64,000 bases of DNA from Octopus sinensis (Eukaryota), in NCBI RefSeq assembly GCF_006345805.1, contig NC_042999.1, positions 133,176,001-133,240,000 of the forward strand, read 5' to 3'. Numbering within the stretch: the stretch's first letter is position 1; each line of letters opens with the position of its first letter. The notes beneath the pieces are model-generated. The model made no database searches. It was not told the origin of the DNA and worked only from the letters and a program-made list of their open reading frames with translations. This document shows, one piece after another, positions 53,710-64,000 of the stretch. The position numbers and the translations under genes were made by a program.

Positions 53710-53983
53710 AAACAGCCTGCACGTGAAATTAATGTGCATGTGGCTGAGCACTCCACTAACACGTGTACCCTCGGCGTAGTCCTCATGAAGATTCAGCGTA
53801 ACACAAAATGCGACAAGGCTGTCCCTTTCAAATAAAGGCACCACTCATTCTTGGCAGCTGAGTGGACTGGAGCAACGTGAAATAAAGTGTCTTGCTCAAG
53901 GACGCAATTCATCGCCAGGAATTGAACTTATGACCTTGCGATCGTAGGTCAAATACCCTAAACAGTAAGCCACGCGCCTTCAC
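53710..53983 (-). mobile_element. SINE family C with a different 3' tail
   Basis: Head and core (cagctgagtggactggagcaacgtgaaat) shared with 14085 copy; tail differs. Confidence 0.75.
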
Positions 53984-54472
53984 AAACGTAACATCTACAC
54001 TACGTTGATCACAAGATAACTTGTATTACAGTTTCGAAAACGTTGTGACTAGGTGTCGACATGAATCATGTTTGTCGGGAAGACTAATCGAGTGAGGATT
54101 AATGAAGATTAAGTCATTGAGGTGTTGTGACAGACCCGAGAGAATGAAACATTAGATGATCGGTCGAATATTTGGGCAACATGGAAATTTAGATGTGGTT
54201 CTACGAATGAAATGTGTGAGTTATTTAGACAGAAATATGTCAAGACTAAGGTAATATTTAATAGTATTTGTACTTCAGGGAATTAACACGTTCCTTGCAA
54301 TGAAGATAGTGGTGGAGGGGAGTGTGAAGCGAAGAGAGTTGGGGAAAAGTATATTTTCTCTTTTTATTGTGAAAGTGTGTTTCGCAGTGAGAAAATATCG
54401 TAATGTGATAAAATACTCAGAGTACAAAAGAAAGCAAATTAAATATAAATAATGCATGTATGAGTATGTATG

Positions 54473-54503
<31 letters not shown>

Positions 54504-54512
54504 TATAATATA

Positions 54513-54551
<39 letters not shown>

Positions 54552-54552
<1 letters not shown>

Positions 54553-55424
54553 TAGCATTAAAGACCCGTCGTTGCGGGTTATAGTGCTAGTGCATGTATA
54601 TATGTGTATATATGTGTGTACATACTACATGTACATCTATATATATATATATCTTCACATAAAATACAAAATACAAAGTTATATCTTGATATCTCTAGTG
54701 ATTTCAATACTCAAAATATATAACAGACTGGAATTGTCAGCCCGTCTCTTGTAATTTCGATTAATTGTATCTTGTCCTCCCTCTTGTATAGAAGTGTGGC
54801 TACAATCCAGCCTACCTCTACTTCGGTATCTACCTCTGATTAGATACCTTTCATAGTCGCACCAAGACACTTTTCGAAGGTGCTTTCCTCCATGTGTTCA
54901 AATCTTTTTTCTCTATATTGTATACTTTATAGGCAATAGTCTTTTCTTTAATTTAATTTTTTATTATCCATCTGCACGCTAATTTTATTTTTAATTTATT
55001 CCCATTCATGTGAAACCACTTATTCAAATTCAAGTCATTGATGCAATTTTATACCAATTGCTATTTTTACTTTTTTTTATGTTACGATTATATCATACTT
55101 TAGTTTGATTTTAATTATTACTTACTACATATAATTCAATTGTTATTATTATTTTTATTGTTAAAGTGAAAGTATGTGACTTAAAATAGAGAAATGTTTT
55201 TGTTTCACTTTTAACACGTAATACTGAAATAGTGGAAAAGATATGATATTGTTATGGGCTCGCTCTAGGCAAGAAGTTGAACATTTTTTTTACCATAAAA
55301 TTACATGGACCCTAAGTAAGACATGTGTAAAATTTGAATGGAATTGGTTGTGTAGTTCTCAAGTTTTAGGGAAACACACAGACAGACAGACAGACACACA
55401 TTCTCAGTTTTACATATATAAAGA
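54552..55424 (-). mobile_element. Non-autonomous Helitron
   Basis: Minus strand a|TCtttatatatgtaaaac... and cccgcaacgacggg hairpin about 10 nt before CTAG|t. Confidence 0.8.
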
Positions 55425-55478
55425 TCATATATATAATATATATATATATATATTATATATATATATAAATATACATAT

Positions 55479-55862
55479 AGGCACAGGAGTGGCTGTGTAG
55501 TAAGTAGCTTGCTTACCAACCACATGGTTCCGTGTTCAGTCCCACTGCGAGGCGCCTTGGGCAAGTGTCTTCTAGTATAGTCTCGGGCCGACCAAAGTCT
55601 TGTGAGTGGATTTGGTAGACGGAAACTGAAAGAAGCCCGTCATGTATGTGTGTGTGTGTGTTTGTGTTTGTGTGTTTTTGTTTGCCCTCCGCTATCGCAT
55701 GACAACCGATACTGGTGTGTTTACGTCTCTGTAACTTAGTGGTTCGGCAAAAGAGCCCGATAGAATAAGTACTAGGCTTGCGATGTATAGTTCTTGGGGT
55801 CGATTTGTTCGACTAATATCGGTGCTTCAGTCAAATGGCTGAAACAAGTAAAAAACTAAAAG
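55479..55862 (+). mobile_element. SINE family A, full length
   Basis: aggcacaggagtggctgtgtagtaag head through gaaacaagtaaaa tail. Confidence 0.85.
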
Positions 55863-55875
55863 ACTTTATTATATA

Positions 55876-56274
55876 CTAGCAGTATCGCCCGGCCTTGCTC
55901 GGGTTTGTAAGGGAAATAACTATATAAGCATTTTTAGAGATGTAAAGTATAATAGCCATCTCAATATGGCTAACCACAAAGGGGGGAGGGTGTTACTGTA
56001 GCTTTTTACGTTCTGAGATTTAATAATAAATTTTTAGAGAGTTACTTCCCTTATATATGCCAAAAATGCATTAAAAATGGGAAAAATTTATGGTAATTTT
56101 TTTTTTTAATCGTAGACTCATCGTAGACGCGCGCTAATACCCAGAAGGGCTCGATATGAATCGCGACTATAAGATACCCGATTTTGGTTAAACTACACCG
56201 CAAAATGTGGGAGTAGTTAGGAATCTAAATCGTAGGAGACAGACAACACACAACCTCACTTTTATATATAAAGA
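55876..56274 (-). mobile_element. Non-autonomous Helitron (second family)
   Basis: a|TCtttatatataaaag... 5' end; cccgagcaaggccggg hairpin then CTAG|t. Confidence 0.8.
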
Positions 56275-56286
56275 TATGTAATATAG

Positions 56287-56359
<73 letters not shown>

Positions 56360-56956
56360 TGTATATATATAGATATGCATACACACACACACACACATAT
56401 ATATATATATTTACTGTTACTGTTAGCGGTGTTTTCATATTTCATTCCTAGCCATTTAAAACTATTTCGGAAGAATAACATTTCCGAAGTCTGTCGTCCT
56501 TTACTGAGTACTCCTAGTGCTGTCTTTCATATAAAATGCTTTATATGCTTTATATCGACATTTATAATAATAGTCTTATTAAAGGACATAGTAATTATTA
56601 TGATGCTATGTTAATATTGATATCGTTATAACCGGATTTGGAAATTTCAGACTGATCAAATCATCTGCCTTTTAGAATACAGGAAATTGTCTGACATCAG
56701 TGTCTGGTCGTTAGTTTGTTGCTAGTGTCTGCTGTTTCTGTGTCACGTAGTGTGTCTGCATTTGAGTAATAAATTAGAATCTCAGGTGGTGAATAGGAAG
56801 ATACGTTAGTGTATCTGATAAAATTGTCTAGTTGAATATGTACTTGCCCTTTTGTAAGTTCATATCTTCCTCCCATCGATTCTGATTTTGCCTCTTTATC
56901 TTTTCGGGTTCAATAAAACACAACACCAGCATTGGGATCCATTTAATCTCCTAAAT

Positions 56957-57298
56957 CACGGGTTCCCAACATTTTTTTTTTTTATCTATGGAACTCTTTG
57001 ATTACTATTTTACTCAGGTGGATTCCCATAGCCCTAAAACTTTTTTTAGAAACTTCTTTCAATATTTCTATTTTGTTTTCCCCACATTAACTTGTGTAAG
57101 TTGAACTATGTGAAATGTTAGAGACAGAAACCTGGCTGTTTCTTGCAATACATACCAATACATATATCTGAAGTAAAATTTTTTCAGGGGCCCTTAAAAT
57201 ACTATTGTGGAACCCCAATTCATTACTTTATTGCGTGGATCCCAAAAAACCTTAAATAGACCCTCAGGGGTCACATGTACTCCGGTGGCGAAACATTG
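56957..57298. mobile_element. Possible hAT-type MITE, decayed
   Basis: Ends cacgggttcccaac / gtggcgaaacattg; internal gga(c/t)ccc-like subterminal motifs. Confidence 0.45.
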
Positions 57299-57592
57299 GC
57301 CTAAACCATCCTCCAAAATTTCTGGCCTTGTGTTGTGGCCATTGTTTGAAGCTATAACTGATACTCAGATGGTGAACACCACCAACGATGTGGTGGGTAT
57401 TTCTCCCCGCCCGTATACTGGCAAGGGGGACAGATACAGTGAACCTCAGAATCACGGATGCACACTTAAATAGGAAGAAAGTACCCAGCCTTAATCACTG
57501 GAATGAGTTCACCGACTGGAAGTACATCAGCTGCTTCCAGAGCCTTTAACTAGCACCAGCAATGACCGCCACAAAAAAAGCAAATGGAAAGA

Positions 57593-57631
57593 ATGTCTGA
57601 TGAAAGAGTTTTGATCCGAAAGAGCTCGCGT
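57593..57631 (+). ncRNA. Compact hammerhead-like motif
   Basis: atgt-CTGATGA-aaga-gttttga-tcc-GAAAG-ag-CTC-gcgt then aataaa; stems are weak with G-U pairs. Confidence 0.45.
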
Positions 57632-57774
57632 AAATAAACCTAGCCTAAAAGCTTGCAACAAGGTTATCCACAGATTACATGCGACATGTAGGTCCTATCC
57701 TTCTATGTATGTATGTATGTATGTATGTATGTATGTATGTATGTATGTATGTATGTAGTATGTATGTATGTATG

Positions 57775-57820
<46 letters not shown>

Positions 57821-57999
57821 ATACCTCTCCTACTAATGGGGTTACTCTGTTGTTTTGAGACACATCAGCACAGTATCCCCACCAAGCCTCACCAGGCCAT
57901 GTACCTCTTGTGTAATATTAAGATGTTTTTATCTAAATCTATGTAATGTATCTGCGCTTTAACTCACTTGTCTTTTAATTTCTTAAACGGCTATATCGC

Positions 58000-58255
58000 T
58001 GTATCACTGTATCAATCAGACTATCGGGAGCTATTATATACGGCTAGTCACAATGCGTTTCTACGCATTGATGTACCTTTTAAACGAAGCCATCCTGCTA
58101 GCTAAGTGGGAAGAACAACACACCCACTGAACGGGATGCCAGTTTGTTATAATGTTACACATTTATAGTAGAATGGACCGGAGCAACGTGAAATGAAGTG
58201 TTTTGCTCAAGAACATTACACACAGAGCTGTTTAGAAATCGAAACCACGAATTTG
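58000..58255 (-). mobile_element. SINE family C, decayed (tail as in 63121 copy)
   Basis: ggagcaacgtgaaatgaagtg core; gtcacaatgcg tail. Confidence 0.6.
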
Positions 58256-58644
58256 CAATAGTTAATGCAACACATTATCCTGAGGTGCCGGTGTCTTTGC
58301 ATTCTTCTATATAATATTTTGCAATGGTTCCTTATTGTATATTCATAATTATGCATGCAAAGAGAAAATGCAGTACTGACATATACAAAATACAAGTTTC
58401 TGTTATGAATTTTATAGCTGTCGTACTTGCATACAAATTTATAAATTGTATTATTCATCTTATAGCTTATTCAATACTTTGCAGGCCAGTGTCTTGTAGT
58501 TTATGCAATGTTTAATTTGTGGATTTTTGCAATATATTATTAAAGCAAGAGACACTCATATAAATAATATATTACGAACAAAATGTATTACTAACGGGTT
58601 TTTAACTTACAATGAGCAATGTTATTTATATATCAGCTGCGATG

Positions 58645-59923
58645 TATTGAGCCATGCCATAAATATTGCGGTTTTTTTTTACACTTCTATTATATTTCAA
58701 AAATTAATTCAAACAGAATTCTTTTTAATCTAAAATATACTCTCTTTCATTTTCGACAATGCTCTTCCATCTATTTGGTAAACTTGCAAGGCTCCTCTTC
58801 CAAAATTCACTTGTCCGTGACGAAAAATATTTCGCTAGTATTGTTTTAACCTCGTCAACAGAATTCATATTTTTCCCATTCAAATTATTTTGAAGGCTGC
58901 GGAATAAATGATAATGAGATGGGGCAATGTCCGGCGAATATGGTGGGTGAAGCATTGTTTCCCCATTCAAACTGCTCTAGCCTTTGGAATGTCATACTCG
59001 TTGTATGTGGCCGAGCATTATCTTAATCGAAGAACACCATTAATCTTGAAACTAAAGATGCTCATTTTTCTTCTAGCGCTGACTTAAACGCCCAACTAGC
59101 TCGTAGTGGAACTCCTTTGTTATCGTTTGGTTTTGGTTTAAAAATTCAAAGTGGATTAAACCTTTCATATCCCACCAAACAGACAGCAACACCTTACGTG
59201 GATGAAGACCTTCTTTATCCTGAGGTGCCGGTGTTTCTCCTTTCCCTACCAACTGTCTTCAGCGCTAGACATTTTTATAGAGAACCCATTTCTCGTCACC
59301 AGTCACTATTCGGCTCCCAAAATGGTTCATTCGTGAGACGTGACAGCAAAGATGAACACACATTCACTCTTCGCGCGATTAGGCACGGAAAGTTTGTGAG
59401 GAACCCACTGACCCAATTTTCTGACTTTTGCGATTGGCACGCATGTATCGATGAATTGTTGAATGATCAAATCCAAGCTTCTCTGCTAGTTCCTCAATAG
59501 TTACAATGGGATTTCATTCCACCACGTTTTGCAGGACGTCCTCGTCGAGCTCTACAGATCTTCCAGGACGAAGCTCGTCTTTTAAGCTGTAGTTTTCGGC
59601 TCGGAATTTTTGGAACCACCGTTGACAGTGGCTTCTGCTGATAGTCCGATCCCCGTATACTGCATTAATATACCTCGCACTTTCTGTTGAGCAATTGCCT
59701 TTATTGAAGTCATAAAGCAAAATATGCCGAATATGCTCTTTTGTCACTTCCATTATAGCTTCGAAAATATAACTGTTAAAATCGAACTGCACTCTTCAAA
59801 ACACTAAGAATAAGTACAAAGTAAAACTACTACTTGGTTTTTTTTATGACGTTTACCCCGTCCTCCTCCGATTATTAGTTCATGCAATTGAAAATACCAT
59901 ATTATTTATGGGATGACCCAATA
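58645..59923 (-). mobile_element. Mariner transposon (mellifera-like), full length, decayed; transposase about 58725-59753
   Basis: TIRs tattgagccatgccataaata / tatttatgggatgacccaata; MEVTKEHIRHILLYDFNKG, QRWFQKFR, RPGR, HPPYSPDIAPSHYHLFRSLQN. Confidence 0.93.
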
Positions 59924-60784
59924 TATTGTAATCTGTCTGGCGAATTCTTTTCACAACGTGGTCACCTGTTCTACAGATAGAGTTTATATAATACACTTTA
60001 CGTATAGCTTTCATGTTTATATATCAGTGTATTATTATCTAGTTTCATTCACCAAAAACTTATAAATAAATAACAATGTATAACACAATTCTTATCCTTG
60101 ACTAGCAACTTTTATTTCCTATTTGCTTTTCCCTGGAAAGTACGAAAGACTGTTAATATTTCCTTCAAAGTTTACTTCTGTTATATTTATCCAAACTCCA
60201 AAGAATCCCTCTCAGCACATGGTTATGGTGATCCCACTACTCCTGCTCGTGATCATGGATGCATATATTGTCAGGCACTAAGGGACATGTTCAAGCGGTT
60301 AAGGTCAAGCAACCGACAAGCAAATCTGTGATATTGAGCAGAATATTTGCTAGAACGATATTTCTGTTTCAGCAACTCAGCGCTGAATTTGTCTGAAATG
60401 TAATGGAAAATAGGTCAGTTTCAAATCATTGATGTCTAGGTCCGAAAAGCAAAGTTTGAAGGGAATAGAAGTGATTTCCTTTGATTTGTAGATAGAAGCA
60501 AATAAGAAATAACACTTACTGACAGAAAGACAATTGTTACAGTGTAATGTTTGAATTCGAAGTTTTCAGTGCAAATGTAAAAGGAATTCTACAAAAGAAT
60601 TAGACTAGTATATACCCCAATCTGACACTTTATCAATGTCTTCTTATAACTGTGGCTTTAAACACCTACCCTCAAATCGTTGGCATTGTACCTTTATTAG
60701 AAGCAATATATTTATAGAATGAATGAAATAATTATCAACTTTGCTGCATCAAAATATATTTTATGTGTATCTCTGTTATGTATG

Positions 60785-61890
60785 TATAGTGTGTCCGAAA
60801 ATTATCTGTACCTTTTCTCTGTCTAATACTAAAATCCAAGTGTAAAAAAATCCAGTATTGTCCGATATGGCCCATAAATTTCCGAGATTTTTCTCGAGAG
60901 TCTTTTTTCCTGGTTTTTACCTATGTCTATGACAGTTTCTGACAAGTTTTTTTCTCAGATATTCATTCGTACACTCTCCAAACAAATACAATGTACTAAG
61001 TGGCTTATTGAAACCTAATCAGATATACAAATACAACGAATGATTAGAACTAATTATAACAGTTTTCTTTATCGAGAGCAACCGTATGAGTTCAGTGTAA
61101 ACAATTTGAGGAAACTAAAAATGGACAGCGTTAGAAAGGTGAAGGGCAACCTCAAACGTCTAAAGAAAACGTTGAACGTTTTCAAGAGATTCCGTTCGCA
61201 ATACCAGTTTGTCGATCAGGAGAGATACTGAGGTATCGTTCAACATTATGCCTTGCATAAGCGTTTGAAAGTGAAACCTTGCAAGTTTCAAATCCTGTGA
61301 CTGATTAAACAATAAATTTAGATCTAGAGTAAGGAATGTGCAATGATTACGCTTCAGTTGTAATGATTATGATTCACTGAGTCAACGGATAATCAATTAT
61401 TAGAGTCAATCTTCTAATCAAGAATCAAGTTTTCTGAGGAGGAAAATTTTTATGCTCCAGGCAAGATAAGCAAACAACATGTGTATGTATGACGGTCACG
61501 CAAACCACAGTGCATACTGGGAGTGAAGTGAGGCATGTCACGTGTTCTCGTGACAGGATCAATCTTCTACGGTAAAACAGCATTATTCTCCAGTACCTAT
61601 TTGGAGATTTTGCTACACTTTTTCCATCCGCAACTGAAAAAAAAACTGCAAAGACTCGTTATTTTTTCAGCAATATGGTGCATCGTTTCAGTCAACCTTA
61701 ATCATCGGTGATTCCTTGAATGAGATATTCTTAATTAGTTCCAGACGTGTGATTCATTGAGCAGTGAATCTCCAAACGTTAGACCTTAATATTTCTTTCT
61801 TTGAGAATTCATCAAATATTTTGTGTACAACACGCCGTTTGACAGATACCGACGTCTTAAAGGCAAGAATCACAGCTGCTATTGAACATC
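60785..61890 (+). pseudogene. Decayed Tc1/maT-like transposon
   Basis: TIR-like tatagtgtgtccgaaa; fragments LHKRLKVKPCKFQIL, TYLEILLHFFHPQL, FL*EFIKYFVYNTP...LKARITAAIE. Confidence 0.65.
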
Positions 61891-62384
61891 GATTTTAAAG
61901 GGATAATGGTTGAAAGCTTTTATAGGACATCCAGCAGAATTCCATATCTGCTATTTTGTTGTGTATTCTCACGTCTTTAGTTAAATGCCGTCGATTTAGA
62001 GATTAGAATCCATCCTGCTTCGATCGATAAAAGAAATAATACCAGTCAAAAACTTTGCTCGATATAACAGTATTCACCTAGCCGTCCAATGACAAGTATG
62101 TGATTCATCAGTATTAAATTACTCTGATGAAAAATAGACTGATGTAATGTTTATGATTCTCCATAGAGAGTTATTACTGAATATAACGTTAAAAATCCCA
62201 CAGCACAATTTCAGCTTTTTAAAAGTTGTGTGTATGTGTGTACTAGCTTGGTGTATTTTATTTTATTTTAAAGTATTTAATAATTTAAGTATTGTTTTAG
62301 TTTTCACTTAAGTATATCTAGTATTTTCATATATATATTAAAATATATTTATTAATTAATTATTTTATTGTTCTAGTTTATTTT

Positions 62385-62473
62385 TAACCTGATGAGTGAC
62401 TATATTTATATCGAAGTGATTTCTCTACCACTATAATCATTTCTTAAATATAGCCACGAAACACGTGTCGTTA
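62385..62473 (+). ncRNA. Type I hammerhead ribozyme, fully canonical core, long stem II
   Basis: taac-CTGATGA-gtgactatattta..gaagtgatt..aatcatttc..taaatatagccac-GAAAC-acgt-GTC-gtta; predicted cleavage after 62469. Confidence 0.85.
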
Positions 62474-62636
62474 TTCTACAAATTATATACGTTATCATTA
62501 TTATTATTTTTTTTTTGCAATTTACTTAATCATTGACATTTTATTGTTATTTTAATGTTAATATTTATATTATATGTAATTTTCTAGATGGTGTAATTTA
62601 ATTGTTCATTTTGAATTCATAAAAGGTGGGTTTTTC

Positions 62637-62710
<74 letters not shown>

Positions 62711-62952
62711 CGCACACACACACACACACACATGTATATATATACACAGTAGAAACAGCTGATTTTCTCTATACATATTTTCGTTGTCAAATATTCTGAA
62801 ATTCTTGAATTTTTCAATAATATTTGGATCTACTTGTCATATATAGATGACATAAAATTTGCATATATCTGGATTCACGCCGTAACAAGAAAAAGACCCT
62901 CATATAGTGGAAATAATCACAAAAAAAAGTTAATGATATTTTGAGTCATTCA

Positions 62953-63005
62953 TCACGACTATTTCAATGATCCTTATATTAAAAACAAACACTTTCGTCA
63001 GACGT
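62953..63005 (-). ncRNA. Degenerate hammerhead-like motif
   Basis: CTGACGA-a-agtg...catt-GAAA-tag-TC; stem I weak. Confidence 0.35.
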
Positions 63006-63120
63006 AGTCAGCAAAAATTGGTAAATTACAGTATTCTGTAATTACTTCACACGCATATACACACTCTCGCCCTCACCAACGCAAACGTGTGCGTGTATAT
63101 GCGCGCGCGTATGTATTTAT

Positions 63121-63427
63121 ATCACGTGATCACATGACCGACCAGGCTATCTGATGTAGCCACACATCGCTGGTCACAATGCGCTTCGCATCGTTTTAGC
63201 CTTCAAATGACGCCACCCCGCTGGCTAAGTGAGTAGGCCAACAGAAGAGTGAGAGAAAGTTATTGCGAAAGAGTACAGCAGGGATCACTACCACCCGCTG
63301 CCGGTGCCTCGTGGAGCTTTAAGTGTTTTCGCTCAATAAACACTCACAACGCTCGGTCTGGGAATCGAAACCGCGATCCTACGACCGTGAGTCCGCTACC
63401 CTAACCACTGGGCCATTGTGCCTCCAC
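63121..63427 (-). mobile_element. SINE family C, full length, with TSD
   Basis: Head gtggaggcacaatggcccagtggttagg...ggtttcgattccc; TSD tgtatttatat. Confidence 0.9.
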
Positions 63428-63682
63428 GTGTATTTATATAAGTTGCTTTAAAATTGTCATAGGTGCATGCATTGCAGTTTCCTAGTGCAATACATGAAGA
63501 CACCCAAGCTTTCCAAATAACTGAACGTTTTCAACTTGCCTCAAAATCTCGCGATATCAATGGACTACGAACGACACACTAACGTGATGCCTAGGATATC
63601 GCTCGTAATGTATAAATGACATTGTCAGAGGAGTAAAACTGTTGCAACCTATCTCAGAAGAGAGGTACCAAATAAATTGATT

Positions 63683-63886
63683 TCAAATTTTGGCACACGG
63701 CCAGCAAGGTCGGAGACACTTCGATTACTTCGACCCCTGTACTTAAATCATACTGATTTTGTGGAAGCTGAAAGGATAAAATGTAAAGTCAGCTTCGACG
63801 GAATTTGAACTCAGAACGTGAAGACGAACGAAATGGCACTTAGCATTTTGCCTGGCGTGCTAACTGTTCAGCCAAATCACTGCCTT
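63683..63886 (-). mobile_element. SINE family B (tail-2), decayed
   Basis: Family motifs. Confidence 0.75.
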
Positions 63887-64000
63887 AATAGTAGTGAGTC
63901 AATTAAGTTACGATCTATCTTCAGTCGAGAATTTGAAACGTTTTCCCTGGCTTAGCTCGCTGGCAGCGATGTAATTTGATGAAGGGTACCAGCCTTAAAA

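Overview
AT-rich, microsatellite-dense eukaryotic DNA. The repeat families look like those of octopus (coleoid cephalopod); this is my recognition and is unverified. Almost all ORFs in the supplied track are artefacts of (TA)n/(CA)n/(GATA)n arrays or of SINEs. There is one credible host coding exon (minus strand, about 21792-22531, about 246 codons, no family recognised). The rest is mobile DNA: three tRNA-headed SINE families, two near-complete decayed mariner elements, maT/Tc1-like remnants, MITEs, non-autonomous Helitrons and a HINE-like element, and RTE, CR1-like, R4-like and Penelope (GIY-YIG) retroelement remnants. Two patterns stand out. (1) More than ten type I hammerhead-ribozyme-like motifs from several unrelated short families, with palindromic stem III and often very long stem II. 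Most lie in or next to (TA)n arrays or other very AT-rich DNA, often inside fold-back structures, and are probably Penelope pLTR or retrozyme-like elements. (2) A SINE variant that repeatedly sits at one fixed internal position of its own family, with a diagnostic 16-bp target-site duplication in one case, building head-to-tail concatemers.
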